A stretch of 64,000 nt of DNA, taken from assembly GCA_045863235.1 (NCBI GenBank), contig BTUM01000021.1, positions 42,804-106,803 of the forward strand. The letters are read 5' to 3'. Shown here one piece after another: positions 10,238-21,246 of this stretch. This DNA comes from Candidatus Xenobia bacterium. GTDB taxonomy: Bacteria; Vulcanimicrobiota; Xenobia; Xenobiales; QWHO01. Under the pieces are notes generated by a model. It saw only the letters and a list, made by a program, of their open reading frames with translations. It ran no database searches and had not been told where the DNA came from. Positions within the stretch are counted from its first letter, which is position 1; every line of letters begins with the position of its first letter. Both the position numbers and the translations under genes were made by a program.

Positions 10238-11051
10238 CCATGCTTGATTCCGGCCTCCGGCCTGGATGCCCTTTCGGGTGTCCCAGCTCCGCCACCACCG
10301 GGCTGTGGTCGCTGGTAGAGAACTCGGGCCCGCGGGCCACCCGGGCGTTGAGCAGGCAGTCGGCCAGCGGCTGGTTGAGCAGGATGTGATCCAGCGCCAT
10401 GGTTCGTCCCCGGTGATGGAAGGTGTGTCGTTCGCTCTGCCCGCTCAGGGGGTCGTGCAGCCTTTGAAACAAGGGGCGCAGGGCCCAGGAGTCGGGCTCG
10501 TCGTTCAGGTCGCCCAGCACGGCCACGGGCCGATCCCCCAACTCGCCCACGAGCTTCAGGACACGCTCGGCCTGCTCGCGCCGTCGCTGGTCGAAACGGT
10601 GCCCCTGGCGCAGACGGGAGGTGAAGTGGTTGCACAGCAAGACCAGGGGCAGCGGGCTCTCGACCTGGACCTCGAGACAGGGACGGGCCCAGAGCGGGTC
10701 ATCGTGGACGCGATAGCCCCGAAGTGGCACGCGGGAGAGGAGGGCCACGTCGATGCCGCGCGGATCGTGGCCTTCCACCAGGAGGGCCGTCTCGTAGCCC
10801 GCTTTGAGGGCCACCTGCTCGAGCAGGGCCTGATCCTCCACCTCCTCCAGGGCCACCAGGTCGGCCTGCAGGGCGGAGACTCCTCGGGCGACCTCCATTA
10901 CCTTGCGCTCTTCGTGGGGGCCGTGCAGCAGGTTGTGCACGTTCCAGGTGGCCAGGCGCAGCACGGGAGGGCCCTGGGCTCTGCCCGGACGCGGCGCGAC
11001 CGGCGCCGGGGCGCAGGCCAGCAGGAGCAGCAGGCAGAGAAACGCTCTCAG
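10227..11051 (-). CDS. Endonuclease/exonuclease/phosphatase family lipoprotein
   Basis: LATWNVHNL, ADLVALEEVE, GIDVALLSR, NHFTS, VLGDLND, LDHIL, SDHSPV; start uncertain (CTG at 11051 gives MRAFLCLLLLLAC). Confidence 0.85.
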   Translation of the reverse strand: MRAFLCLLLLLACAPAPVAPRPGRAQGPPVLRLATWNVHNLLHGPHEERKVMEVARGVSALQADLVALEEVEDQALLEQVALKAGYETALLVEGHDPRGIDVALLSRVPLRGYRVHDDPLWARPCLEVQVESPLPLVLLCNHFTSRLRQGHRFDQRRREQAERVLKLVGELGDRPVAVLGDLNDEPDSWALRPLFQRLHDPLSGQSERHTFHHRGRTMALDHILLNQPLADCLLNARVARGPEFSTSDHSPVVAELGHPKGHPGRRPESSMDVR

Positions 11052-11506
11052 GGAGAGGGGAAGATGGGAGGCTCCATGACTGCCGGGGTCTCCTGACCCC
11101 AGCGTCGGCGCTGGGCCACCGGACCCACCTCGCCGCTCGTATCGCTCGCGCCTCCCAGCGCGGCACGCTGCTCGATGCGGAGCAGCATGCTGAGGCGCTC
11201 GCTGCGCGCCTGCACGAAGAAAACCAGGTCCTGGAACTCGCCCAGCGAGCCTGGAGGCCACTGGCTGAGGCGATGGTGGATCTCCTCGCCCAGGATGTAG
11301 AGCTCATCGGCTGCCTCGCTCAGCACCGAGGCCCGGCCTTCGCCCTCGGCGCCCGAGCCAGGGTTTTGCTCCAGCAGCTCGTGCATCTTGGCGGCCCTGT
11401 CGCGCAACTGGCCGGCCACTTTGCGCACGCCCAGCGACTCGGCATATTCGGCCAATCGCCGGTACTGCCGCTCGGCCTCCAGGGCGAAGTTGCGCAGACC
11501 GTCCAC
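11048..11506 (-). CDS. Hypothetical helical protein
   Basis: 152-aa ORF packed between phoH-like and EEP genes on the same strand. Confidence 0.65.
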   Translation of the reverse strand: MDGLRNFALEAERQYRRLAEYAESLGVRKVAGQLRDRAAKMHELLEQNPGSGAEGEGRASVLSEAADELYILGEEIHHRLSQWPPGSLGEFQDLVFFVQARSERLSMLLRIEQRAALGGASDTSGEVGPVAQRRRWGQETPAVMEPPIFPSP

Positions 11507-11513
11507 GACGACC

Positions 11514-12872
11514 TCAGTTCTCCATCAAGGTGGAGGCCAGCTCGGCCAGAGGTGAGCGTTCACCCTTGGAGAGGGTGATGTGGGCGGCGATGGACTGCTC
11601 CTTGAACTTCTCAACCACGTGGGTCAACCCGTTGGAGGTGGAGTCGAGGTAAGGATGGTCAATCTGGTAGGGATCCCCCGTGAAGATCAGCTTGGTGCCC
11701 TCGCCCGCCCTGGTGATGATGGTCTTGACCTCGTGGGGAGTCAGGTTCTGGGCCTCATCCACCACGATGAACTGCTGCGGCAGGCTGCGGCCGCGGATGT
11801 AGGTGAGGGCGCGGATGTCGAGCACGTTGGAGTCGAGCAGATAGTCGAGTCGCCCCGCCCCTCCGCCCTTGCGGCCGGTGCCACCGCCGCTGTGCTCGTT
11901 GAGCAAGAACTCGAGGTTGTCCATGATCGGTTGCATCCAGGGAGAGAGCTTCTCCTGCTCGGTGCCTGGTAGAAAGCCGATGTCGCGGCCCATGGGGATG
12001 ACCGGGCGGTAGATGGACAGCTTGCGGTAGGTCTTCTCGTTGACCACCTTTTGCAGGCCGGCGGCGATGGCCAGGATGGTCTTGCCGGTGCCGGCCTTGC
12101 CGCTCAGGGTGATGAGCTGGATCTCGTCGTCGAGCAGGATCTCGAAGGCATAACGTTGCTCGCGGTTGAGCGGCCGGATGCCCCACACGTCGTAGCGAAG
12201 CTCGCGCAGCAACACCAGGGCGCGTCGGTCGGAGTCATAGCGCGTCAGAGCGGTGACCGAGGCCGAGCTGGTGGACTTGAGCATGAGGAACTGGTTGGGA
12301 GCGAGCTGCTGGCCATTCAGCTTCAGGCCGTCCAGAGAGACCTCGCGCTCCTCGTAGACCTGGTCGATGACCTCGGGGGCCACGGTCAGCTCACCCTGGC
12401 CGCTGTAGAGCTCGGCGATGTCGATGATCTGGTCGGCGCGATAATCCTCCGAGGCCAGCCCCAGGGCCTCGGCCTTGACCCGCATGTTGATGTCCTTGCT
12501 GACCAGGATGACCTTCTTTTTGGGGTTCTTGTTCTTGATGCCCACGGCCGAGGCCAGGATCAGGTTGTCGTTGGTGGTGGGCAGGCCCAACGCCCCTAAC
12601 TCGCCCACGGTGTGGGTGATGTCGACCGTCAGCGTGCCGCCGTTGTCGAGCTTGACGCCCTTGCTGACCGGGCCCTGGTGGCTGACGTCGTCGAGGAACT
12701 TGATCACCACGCGGGCGTTGCGGTTGAGCTCCATCGAGCCCTTTTTGAACTGGTCGAGCTCATCCAGGACCACGATGGGGATGACCACCTGATTGTCGCC
12801 GAAGCTGAACAGGGAGTCAGGCCGGTGCAGCAGCACGCTGGTATCGAGAAGGTAGATCTTGCGGGTGGACAT
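11514..12872 (-). CDS. PIN domain-PhoH family ATPase (PhoH2/YlaK-like)
   Basis: YLLDTSVLL, VLDELD, DNLIL, SKDINMRVKA (PIN); GKAGTGKT, IGFLPG, YIRGRS, DEAQN, GDPYQID (PhoH). Confidence 0.93.
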   Translation of the reverse strand: MSTRKIYLLDTSVLLHRPDSLFSFGDNQVVIPIVVLDELDQFKKGSMELNRNARVVIKFLDDVSHQGPVSKGVKLDNGGTLTVDITHTVGELGALGLPTTNDNLILASAVGIKNKNPKKKVILVSKDINMRVKAEALGLASEDYRADQIIDIAELYSGQGELTVAPEVIDQVYEEREVSLDGLKLNGQQLAPNQFLMLKSTSSASVTALTRYDSDRRALVLLRELRYDVWGIRPLNREQRYAFEILLDDEIQLITLSGKAGTGKTILAIAAGLQKVVNEKTYRKLSIYRPVIPMGRDIGFLPGTEQEKLSPWMQPIMDNLEFLLNEHSGGGTGRKGGGAGRLDYLLDSNVLDIRALTYIRGRSLPQQFIVVDEAQNLTPHEVKTIITRAGEGTKLIFTGDPYQIDHPYLDSTSNGLTHVVEKFKEQSIAAHITLSKGERSPLAELASTLMEN

Positions 12873-13051
12873 GGGGAAAGTCCATTCCCTGGCGCGGGCT
12901 CATCCCCTGCAGCAAAAAACCGCGCAAATGTTCGCTTTCAGGCCGAGATGGCGCCCTGACGGGAAGAATTTTTTTCTATTTTGTCAGAGACCGGCCTGGA
13001 CTGGCCCGGTTGCACGTTGCGTCGTTGCAGGCGCCCCGTCCGGGGGGCTTG

Positions 13052-14089
13052 TCAAGCGCGGGCGGGGGCGCTCAGGTTGGCCTTGTAGAACTCGAGGTAC
13101 TTCAACACTTCGAAGCGACTGCCGATGACCAGGGGAACCTTCTGATGCAGGGCGGTGGGCTGGATATCCAGGATCCGGTCGGCTCCCGTGGTGGCCAGCC
13201 CCCCGGCGTGCTCCACCAGGTAGGCCAGCGGGTTGGCCTCGTAGAGCAAGCGCAGCTTGGGTTTCGGCTTGTCGGGGTTGCGGCGGTCGGCAGGGTACAA
13301 GAAGATGCCGCCGTCGAGCAGGTTGCGGTGGAAGTCGGCCACCAGCGACCCGATGTAGCGCAGCGAGTAGGGGCGCTTGGTGGAGGGGTCGTCCTCCTTG
13401 AGCCAGGCGATGAAGTTCCGGGTGCCCTCGTCCCAGTGGTTGGAGTTGCCCTCGTTGATGCTGTAGACCTTGCCCTTCTCAGGGGTCTGGATGTTCTCGT
13501 GGGAGAGCAAGAACTCGCCTACGCTGGGGTCGAGGGTGAAGCCGTGAACCCCTTGCCCGGCCGAGTAGACGAAGATGGTGGAGGAGCCGTAGACCACATA
13601 GCCCGCCGCCACCTGCTCGGTGCCCTTCTGGAGCACATCCTCCAGGGTGCCGTCACCACCACTCGTTTTGCGGCGCAGAATGGAGAAAATGGTGCCGATG
13701 GAGACGTTCTTGTCGATGTTGCTGGAGCCGTCGAGTGGGTCGAAAACCAGGATGTACTTCCCTTTTTCGAACTGGGGAGGGATGGGGATGATATCTTCTG
13801 ACTCTTCCGAGGCCATGCAGCACAGGTGTCCCCCGTGGTCCATGGCCTTGAAGATGCGGTCCTGGGCGAAGGCGTCCAGCTTCTGGACATGCTCGCCGTG
13901 AACGTTCTCGTCGCCGGTGCCGCCCAGGATCTCGACCAGCCCGGCCTTGTTGACCTCGCGCGAGATGATCTTGATGGCCAATATCAGGTCCCAGAGGAGG
14001 CGGGTGAAGTCGCCGGTGGCGTCAGGGTGGCTTCCCTGCTCTTCCATGATGTGGCGCTGGATGGTGACGAGTTTTGGTATCTGCAGCAT
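13052..14089 (-). CDS. fbp: Fructose-1,6-bisphosphatase class 1
   Basis: [46 protein letters not shown]. Confidence 0.96.
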   Translation of the reverse strand: MLQIPKLVTIQRHIMEEQGSHPDATGDFTRLLWDLILAIKIISREVNKAGLVEILGGTGDENVHGEHVQKLDAFAQDRIFKAMDHGGHLCCMASEESEDIIPIPPQFEKGKYILVFDPLDGSSNIDKNVSIGTIFSILRRKTSGGDGTLEDVLQKGTEQVAAGYVVYGSSTIFVYSAGQGVHGFTLDPSVGEFLLSHENIQTPEKGKVYSINEGNSNHWDEGTRNFIAWLKEDDPSTKRPYSLRYIGSLVADFHRNLLDGGIFLYPADRRNPDKPKPKLRLLYEANPLAYLVEHAGGLATTGADRILDIQPTALHQKVPLVIGSRFEVLKYLEFYKANLSAPARA

Positions 14090-14124
14090 GGCGTTGGCCT
14101 TCGTTTTGGGACCGTCGGGGCCCT

Positions 14125-15165
14125 TCAGGCGACGAAGGTGTCCATGGCCGAGAGCTCGCGGAAACTTGTGGCCAGGTTCTCGCGGTCGCGCTCGAGGGTG
14201 GCCAGGGAAACCATCTCCGAGCCGAGGCGAATGTTCTTCGGGTCGGCGTCAGGCTCGGAGCGCCAGTTTTGCAGGCCGTCGCCGCTGCCGTGTCGGGCTT
14301 CGAAGCGGGCCAACTGCTTTCTCTGATAGCCTTCCTGCTTGGGCGTGATGCTCTGGCGCTGCTTGAGGTTGTCGATAGCGTCGCGCATCGAGTTGACTGC
14401 TTCGTCCACCAGCGAGAGGGCATCGCGGACGGTGTTGCGGGTCTGGGCCATCTCGAAGCGCCCCTCGTCCACGTCGAAACGGACTCCGCTGCTGGAGGTG
14501 TAGGCCGCGCTCTCGACCTCGCCCCGGCGACCCCCGGGTCCGGTGCGGCCCAGCGCCTGGCCCACGAAAGTCCTCTCTGAGCTGTGCGAGTCGAGGATCT
14601 GGAGGTTGGAGGCGTGCACCGAGCGCATCACTTCGAGCTGGGGGCGGATCAGGTTGTTGAAACCGGTCGTCATCAGCGCCATGCGGTTCATCGCCTGCTT
14701 GGCCGACTCGGGCGAGCTGCGACCGACCATGGCGGCCACCCGGGTATCGCGGATGCCCCGGATCATGTCCCGGTGGCTGCGCTGGATGCGGGTGTTGGTG
14801 CGCGACAGGGTCTTTCCATGGCCCTGCTTGATGCGGCGCTGGTCGGCGCGCAGCCCCTGCTCCTTGCGGGTGAAGTTGAGCGCACCCACGGCATCAGCCA
14901 GACCGTCGTGGATCTTGTCAGACGTCTGGCCGCGCTCGCCCAACTCGTCCGGGCCAGGAAGCGTGGCCAGGCGCGAGGGAGCCGGGCCGCCGGCCGTGGC
15001 GGCCAGCTCTTCATACAGCCTCTCGGAAGCGACCTTGCGGCCCATCACGTCCGGACTGCCGTTCGCTGGTTGGGGGGCGACGACCCCATCGGCAACCGAC
15101 AGCTCATAGCCCGGGGTGATGGGTCCGGAGGCCAGAGCCAGGTTCGTTGCGCGGGTGCCAACCAT
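14125..15165 (-). CDS. Hypothetical protein, largely helical, no signal peptide
   Basis: Long ORF with typical codon bias; RBS GAGGAGGG before ATG 15165. Confidence 0.7.
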   Translation of the reverse strand: MVGTRATNLALASGPITPGYELSVADGVVAPQPANGSPDVMGRKVASERLYEELAATAGGPAPSRLATLPGPDELGERGQTSDKIHDGLADAVGALNFTRKEQGLRADQRRIKQGHGKTLSRTNTRIQRSHRDMIRGIRDTRVAAMVGRSSPESAKQAMNRMALMTTGFNNLIRPQLEVMRSVHASNLQILDSHSSERTFVGQALGRTGPGGRRGEVESAAYTSSSGVRFDVDEGRFEMAQTRNTVRDALSLVDEAVNSMRDAIDNLKQRQSITPKQEGYQRKQLARFEARHGSGDGLQNWRSEPDADPKNIRLGSEMVSLATLERDRENLATSFRELSAMDTFVA

Positions 15166-15346
15166 ACTGGTTTGTTCCCTCCTCGAGGCCCATCGACAAG
15201 AGGATGTCTGTAAACCAAGTGTTACCGATGTTGCCTTTTTGTGTCGGCAGGTTACAACTTTCTCCAGGGCCGCTGGATCCTCAGGAACGACCGGCCGGTC
15301 GAACGTTCGGAGCTCGCCGGAACTTTCTTTACTGGATTCGGTTACA

Positions 15347-16672
15347 ATGAGCACCATGAGTCAAGCGATTGCGAGTCCTCCCGGCCCTCGACCCCTGGTG
15401 AGCTGGTCCTTGCTCTTCTCCCTGCGCAAGAACCCCCTCCGTTTCATCGAGCGCCTGGCCCACCGCTACGGGGACGTGGCCTACTTTCGCATCGGCCCCC
15501 AGCGGGTCTACCTGCTCAACCACCCCGACCTGGTGCGCGAGCTGCTGGTCGTGCAAGACGAGCACTGCATCAAGGGCCGGGGCCTTCAGATCGCCAAGCG
15601 CCTCCTGGGCGAGGGTCTGTTGACCAGCGAGGGCGAGTTGCACAAGCGCCAGCGCGCTCTGATGCAGCCCGTCTTTCACAAGCAGAAGGTGACTGCTTTC
15701 GCCGAGCTGATGGCCGAGTTCGCCCTGCGCACCAGTCAGGGTTGGGAGAGCGGCACCAGACTCGAGATGGGGGAGGAGATGTCCCGCCTGACCCTGGCCA
15801 TCGTGGCCCGGGCTCTCTTTGAGACCTCGGTCGATCAGCAGCGCGAGGCCGAGGAGATCGGACGTGCTCTGACCGACGCCCGCTATCTCTTCATGCAGGC
15901 CTCAATCCCGGGCTTTCTCTTGCTCGAGAAGGTGATTCCCCCGCTGAGGCGTCGCTTCGAGCGCATCAAGTCGCGCCTGGATACCACTGTGCAGGCCATC
16001 ATCGCCGAGCACCGGGCCAATCCCGAGCTTCACCAGGACCTGCTCTCGCGACTGCTGGAGACTCCCATGAGCGATCAGCAGGTGCGAGACGAGGTGATGA
16101 CGCTCTTTCTGGCCGGCCACGAGACCACCGCCGCCGCCATGAGCTGGACGCTGCACCTTCTCTCCCACAACCCGGAATGGGCCGACCGCCTGGCCGTGGA
16201 GCTACGCAGCGAGCTCGGCTCGGAGCTGCCCCGAGCCGAGCAGGTGCTGCGCCTGCCCCTGCTGAGCGCGGTGCTGGCCGAGTCGCTGCGCCTCTTTCCG
16301 CCCGCCTGGGTCATGGGCCGACGTATCACCCGAGAGCTCGAGTTCGGGGGCTATCGCTTTCCAAGAAACAGCTTGCTGCTGGCCTCCCAGTGGACGGTGC
16401 AGCGCGACGAGCGCTGGTATCCCGACCCCCTGCGCTTCGACCCGGACCGCTGGAAGCCCGAGCTCCGCGCCCAGCGCCCTCGCTACGCCTACTTCCCCTT
16501 CGGCGGCGGCAGCCGGGTCTGCGTGGGCGAGCACTTCGCCTGGCTCGAAGCTGCCCTCCTCCTGGCCGTGCTGGCCCGCGACTGGCGCTTCCACCCGGCT
16601 GGCAAGGTGCGCCCCGATCCCAGCATCACCCTGCGCCCGGTGCGCCTGGACCTGGTGCTCGAGCGTCGGTAG
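15347..16672 (+). CDS. Cytochrome P450
   Basis: LAGHETTA (I helix), ESLR (ExxR), FDPDRW, YFPFGGGSRVCVG heme motif. Confidence 0.95.
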   Translation: MSTMSQAIASPPGPRPLVSWSLLFSLRKNPLRFIERLAHRYGDVAYFRIGPQRVYLLNHPDLVRELLVVQDEHCIKGRGLQIAKRLLGEGLLTSEGELHKRQRALMQPVFHKQKVTAFAELMAEFALRTSQGWESGTRLEMGEEMSRLTLAIVARALFETSVDQQREAEEIGRALTDARYLFMQASIPGFLLLEKVIPPLRRRFERIKSRLDTTVQAIIAEHRANPELHQDLLSRLLETPMSDQQVRDEVMTLFLAGHETTAAAMSWTLHLLSHNPEWADRLAVELRSELGSELPRAEQVLRLPLLSAVLAESLRLFPPAWVMGRRITRELEFGGYRFPRNSLLLASQWTVQRDERWYPDPLRFDPDRWKPELRAQRPRYAYFPFGGGSRVCVGEHFAWLEAALLLAVLARDWRFHPAGKVRPDPSITLRPVRLDLVLERR

Positions 16673-17116
16673 ACGACCGGCGAATTGCCAAGGGCCTTTC
16701 CAGGAGGGCTTGTGTTCGACAGGTTTTCGTTTCCGGCGGAAACAAACTTGCGTTCGATTTGATCGATTGGATGATCACGCGCTCCCTGTTCTGGGCTGAG
16801 GCGCCAACTGCCGCCTGGAGAAAGAGAACCCTGGCATCCCAGCTCAAGCTGCTTCGAGTTTAGAGAACGTTACGGACGGGACAGAGGAGCAGGCAGACCC
16901 GAGCAATCCCGTAGGGTCGCCATTCTAGAGGCCCCATTTAAAGCTCCGGGAAGGGCGGCGATTCTTGCGATTCGTGCGAGTTCGAGGAACCGTCGTTTCG
17001 CTCTAAGCAACCACGCCGGGATAAGTCCTCGACATCTTCTCAGTTTGCTGTGAGGCAGACGGATGCGACCTCCCATATTGGAAGGAATACCATCGCCGCT
17101 ATCCAATGGTTTGATT

Positions 17117-19924
17117 GTGAAACGGCTGGCAGTTCTCTTCGGCCTGGTACTCCTTCTGGTAGCGTGCGGCACAGACACGGGTACGGTTTTGGGAACTGTC
17201 GTGGAGAATGGCGGCTCTCCGGGCGGGGCGCCGGTAGGCCCCGACGGTGGCACGACGACCACCGTGATCGTTCGGCACACGCAATTGTTAAAGGGCATCC
17301 CATCCGAAGTCGAGCAGCTTCAGTTTATCGCTCGCGATGCGGCCGGCACGGTGGTTTTTGGGCCCGAGCTGCGGGACAAAGTGCCGGAAATCCGGCTCCA
17401 GATCCCCAGGAGCGCGCGCAGTCTGGAGATCCTCTATCTGGCGGCAGGCCAACCGGTGGCGGTGGTGCTGATCGATCTCGAGTTGGGACAAGAGGTCATT
17501 ACTATCCTGGATCCACAACTGGAATACCAGGTCAATACGCTCGTCATTCAGCCTTCAGCTCTGCGTGTGGCGGCTCGCTCTCAGCGACAACTCAAGGCGG
17601 TGGCCAGCCTCGGGGTTGGAGCCGTGCCACGAAACGTCACCGAAGAGGCTACCTGGACCTCCTCCGACCCATCCGTCGCGTCGGTGTCGCCCGGGGGATT
17701 GCTGACGGTGACCGCCCCCGGCCAGGCAACCATCACGGCCACGATCGCCCCGAACTCGGCTTCTATCGTTGTGAACTGTCCCGGTCAGGGCAGCTTCTCC
17801 GGTTTCCTGGCACCGCAAGTTACACCGCTAGCCGACGGGCCCTTTGGACATCTCCCGCAAGTCGGTGACCTCAATGGGGACGGCATTCCGGACGTCGTCT
17901 GCGCCAATCAGGAAATCACCCTGACCGCGAATCACGTCGAGGTCTTCCTGGGCCAGACCGACGGCACCCTGGGCGCACCCACGGTTTACCCGGCCGGCTT
18001 CGTACGCGCTCTCCGTTTGGGGGACCTCAACGGTGACTTGAAGCTGGACCTCGTCGTGTGCACGAACCGCACTTTTCCCTACGCTATCGCTGGAATGCTC
18101 GGAAATGGTGACGGCACCTTCGGTCCCATCCAGGAGACCCAGGTGAATCTGAACCCAACGAATGATAGCCTCCTGGAGCTCGGTGACGTGAATCAGGATG
18201 GACGGCTGGACGCCATCATCGGCGGGTCCGGGGATGCACCTCAACCGATCGTTACCTGTTTTGGAAATGGGGATGGCACCTTCACGGTCGGCCCGAGCTT
18301 CAACGTGGGTCGCTCACCCTCCGGTCTGGCTTTGGGGGACATCACGGGGGACAACAGGTTGGATGTGCTCGTTTCCATTTTCGATGCGGCCTCCGGGGCC
18401 GGCCCCGGGCAGATCGAGTCGCACGCGGGCAACGGAGATGGGACCTTTCAGGGGGCTCAGGTATTGCCGGCAACCGCGGGAGTGTGGCCCCACCATTTGA
18501 GGCTGGGCGATGTCAACGAGGATGGGCGACTGGATCTGGTTGCCGCCTACTTGGGGTCCCCCACCATCAACGTCTTTACCAACCAGGGCGGCGGGACTCT
18601 GGTCCTGAGTCGCGCCCTGGAGGAAGACAACAGCGGCGGGTTGACGCTGGGCGCGTTGAGGCTGACCGACCTGAATCGGGATGGGCACCTCGACCTGGTC
18701 AGCCTGTCCAGCACCTGGACAGGGGACGGGTCGGGAGACTTTCATAAGGTGCAAACTTTCAGCCCTCCAATTTGGGCCGGCCTGCCGGAATCGATCCAGG
18801 CTGCGGACATGGATCGCGATGGGATCGTCGACCTCGTGGTTCCCGCCAGCGATTCCAGCATCGGCATCCTGTTCGGACAGGGAGACGCTTCGTTTCCAAG
18901 TCCTCTTCCGGTTGACTTGCGCCCCACCGACGATCTGGTCTCGGGAGACTTTGACGAGGACGGCCGGCCCGACTTGGTGAGCCGCGAACCGATGACGGGG
19001 AAGACAACCGTTACCTTGAGCCGAGCGGACGGAACCTTCGTGACCTCGGCGAGCTTGGACCCGGGGCCGGATGAAGCCCAGGGCGGTCTGGTCGTGGCGG
19101 ATTTCGACCAGGACACCCATCTGGACCTGGCGACAGCCCAGGATGGCTCGATCCGAGTCCTGAGCGGCCGCGGGGATGGGATCTTTGACTTGTTACCGGG
19201 GCACGCGCTGAGCGGCCGGCCGGCGCGTCTGGCGACAGCGGATTTCAACCAGGACGGCTTGCCCGACCTCGCGGTCGGATTTCTCGATAGCCCTGGCCTT
19301 TCGATTCTGCTCGGTCGCGGTGATGCAACGTTCCGCGCCGAAGCTACCTTGTCCACCTCTCGACCCGTCAGTGCTCTGACCGCGGCCGACCTGGATCAGG
19401 ACGGGAGAACCGATCTGGCCGTCGGCCAGGGAGACGACAGCAACATCCAGCTCTGGTTCGGAAACGGAGATGGAGTTTTCGAGCCCCGGGGTCGCATCGA
19501 CATCACGACTCCACAGAACGTGGTGGCGGCGGACTTCAACCAGGATGGGCGGCTCGACCTGGCCATCCTGGCCGGCACGGGCAATCCCGGCAACGTGTGG
19601 CTGGCCCTAAACAGCGGTGGAGGCGGCTTTAGCGCGCCGCAGATCGTAGCTGGAGCCTCCTTGTTGGCTCGCTCCCTCCTGACCGCAGACATGAATTTCG
19701 ACGGTCTTCCGGACCTGATCGTGAGTCCCCAGACGTTTGTCGCCTCGCCGGACACTCTGATCCTCTTCTCCAACGGGGACGGCACTTTCCCAAGTAACTT
19801 CCCGGTTGCATTTCCGATTGCCGGTCCGGCAGCCGTAGCGGATTTCGATCTGGACGGGAAACCCGACCTGGTCCTTTCGTCGCGAACGGCAAACGCGGGT
19901 TCGATCTTCCTGCAACGACCGTAA
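17117..19924 (+). CDS. Lipoprotein with Big_2 Ig-like domain and ~14 FG-GAP/VCBS-type repeats
   Basis: MKRLAVLFGLVLLLVAC lipobox; ATWTSSDPSVASV Big_2; repeated (G/A)D(L/F)NxDGxxDL...GxGDGTF. Confidence 0.9.
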   Translation: MKRLAVLFGLVLLLVACGTDTGTVLGTVVENGGSPGGAPVGPDGGTTTTVIVRHTQLLKGIPSEVEQLQFIARDAAGTVVFGPELRDKVPEIRLQIPRSARSLEILYLAAGQPVAVVLIDLELGQEVITILDPQLEYQVNTLVIQPSALRVAARSQRQLKAVASLGVGAVPRNVTEEATWTSSDPSVASVSPGGLLTVTAPGQATITATIAPNSASIVVNCPGQGSFSGFLAPQVTPLADGPFGHLPQVGDLNGDGIPDVVCANQEITLTANHVEVFLGQTDGTLGAPTVYPAGFVRALRLGDLNGDLKLDLVVCTNRTFPYAIAGMLGNGDGTFGPIQETQVNLNPTNDSLLELGDVNQDGRLDAIIGGSGDAPQPIVTCFGNGDGTFTVGPSFNVGRSPSGLALGDITGDNRLDVLVSIFDAASGAGPGQIESHAGNGDGTFQGAQVLPATAGVWPHHLRLGDVNEDGRLDLVAAYLGSPTINVFTNQGGGTLVLSRALEEDNSGGLTLGALRLTDLNRDGHLDLVSLSSTWTGDGSGDFHKVQTFSPPIWAGLPESIQAADMDRDGIVDLVVPASDSSIGILFGQGDASFPSPLPVDLRPTDDLVSGDFDEDGRPDLVSREPMTGKTTVTLSRADGTFVTSASLDPGPDEAQGGLVVADFDQDTHLDLATAQDGSIRVLSGRGDGIFDLLPGHALSGRPARLATADFNQDGLPDLAVGFLDSPGLSILLGRGDATFRAEATLSTSRPVSALTAADLDQDGRTDLAVGQGDDSNIQLWFGNGDGVFEPRGRIDITTPQNVVAADFNQDGRLDLAILAGTGNPGNVWLALNSGGGGFSAPQIVAGASLLARSLLTADMNFDGLPDLIVSPQTFVASPDTLILFSNGDGTFPSNFPVAFPIAGPAAVADFDLDGKPDLVLSSRTANAGSIFLQRP

Positions 19925-20255
19925 AGCCTCGGCTTCTCCACTTTCTTACTTTCTTTCGGGCCGAGGCCATGTAGATACTCCCGGTAAGAGCGACTGCTGC
20001 CGTATTTGGCCGAAACCTTGATCTGGTAGGGTTTTCCGCTCTTGGCGGGGGCGAGCGGTGAACTGTGCAAGAATTCGCCCGCACGGGAGCCGTTCTGGCG
20101 CTCTTGCGTGCCAAGCGAGTTCCTGGTGCTGGTCTCGGCCACGGAGTTTGGTGATCAAGCGGTGATCAAGACCACTCTCCTCCGTTGAGGTGGCTCCAAC
20201 GGAGTGTAGTTCGCGGTCTTCACGTGGGTTCTCTGAGCAAGAACAACGAGGCAGC

Positions 20256-20546
20256 CTATAGCCGCTCGAGCCAGTAATTTGGCTCCCGTCGCTGGTGAGA
20301 GACTGCGAGCACGCGAACCTGAGAGTCATCGTGCTCGAAGAATACCGTGTAGCGGAAGCGGCGCATCACAGCTTTCCGCACCTCTGCATGGAACAGAGGA
20401 AAGCTCTCGGGGAGTTTGGCAATGCGGTTGGAGAGTTCGCCGATCTCCTGGTCGAACTTAACGGCCAGCTCAGGGTCTTGTTGACGTAGATACTCGCGTG
20501 CTTCCCGCGCTTCCCGAGCAGCCTCAGGGTGAAAGACCAGGTTCAA
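20256..20546 (-). CDS. RelE/ParE family toxin
   Basis: FHPEAARExxEAxxY, RRFRYTVFF, VLAVSHQRREPNYW. Confidence 0.9.
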   Translation of the reverse strand: MNLVFHPEAAREAREAREYLRQQDPELAVKFDQEIGELSNRIAKLPESFPLFHAEVRKAVMRRFRYTVFFEHDDSQVRVLAVSHQRREPNYWLERL

Positions 20547-20767
20547 CAGGGGTCTGGGGGAGTAGCGATTAGAGACAAGGCTTCCTCGAGCGGGAGCCCC
20601 TTCACGGCGCCCGAGCGTAGTTCCGCCGAGCGCTGCTCAAGCGTGCCCTTCAGTTGGTTCTCAGCTTCCTCATCCAGGCTGGCATAGAGCAACTCCACCA
20701 ATTCGGCCCGTTCGTCCGAGGTCAGTTGCATGGCCTTCTGGTAAAGCTCGCGGGCCCGTGTGGTCAT
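20543..20767 (-). CDS. Addiction-module antitoxin (TIGR02574-like)
   Basis: AMQLTSDERAELVELLYASL..R..ELRSGAVK..LEEA; 4-nt overlap with toxin gene. Confidence 0.85.
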   Translation of the reverse strand: MTTRARELYQKAMQLTSDERAELVELLYASLDEEAENQLKGTLEQRSAELRSGAVKGLPLEEALSLIATPPDPC

Positions 20768-21015
20768 TCGGAGAGTTTCGGCTGAACGCGCGGGGACCCT
20801 GCATTCTGGCGGATAAGCCCATCGCCGAATCATATGGAAGTCATTGAGGTGCAAGACCCTGGAGCGCGCGGTGCGCAACGACAACTACGGTTGGTCCAAT
20901 TTCAACTTGTGATTGAGCCGTTCGCGCCGCGCCTGTTCGTAGGGTTCAATGCTCGCATCACGCTCGCCTTCTAGGCGTCCCCGGTAGGCGACAGCAACAC
21001 AGTCGCAGAACCCGA

Positions 21016-21246
21016 TCCACATCAGGCTCGGATCTGACGGGCACGCCGTATATTGCTTTCGGTCTGGTGGCAGATCTCGACCTCACCGACTCCGGGAGAT
21101 TCCTGTACACCGCCAATCCGTTCAACAGCGTCAGCAACGTCGCTGGATACTCGATCGATCAAGTCTCGGGTGTACTCACGAGGTTGGCGAACTCTCCATT
21201 CTCGACGGGCACGAATCCGGTCGGTGTGGGCAGCGCAAGCCCGTAA
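21016..21246 (+). pseudogene. C-terminal remnant of a lactonase-type beta-propeller gene
   Basis: Frame absent from ORF track reads ..DLTDSGRFLYTANPFNSVSNVAGYSIDQVSGVLTRLANSPFSTGTNPVGV..* (TAA 21244-21246); no 5' part. Confidence 0.6.

Noticed and set aside
12880..13000. Possible structured RNA upstream of the PIN-PhoH gene
   Set aside because: Only a short CTGAC..GTCAG inverted repeat around an AT-rich tract; no recognisable riboswitch consensus.
14125..15165. Flagellin call prompted by '[12 protein letters not shown]'
   Set aside because: Conserved flagellin terminal motifs (INSAxDDAAG, RxxLGAxQNR, IxDxD) are absent.
17800..19900. Repetitive DNA as a possible CRISPR array or diversity-generating element
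   Set aside because: Repeats are degenerate protein-level FG-GAP units; no identical repeat-spacer pattern, cas gene or reverse transcriptase.
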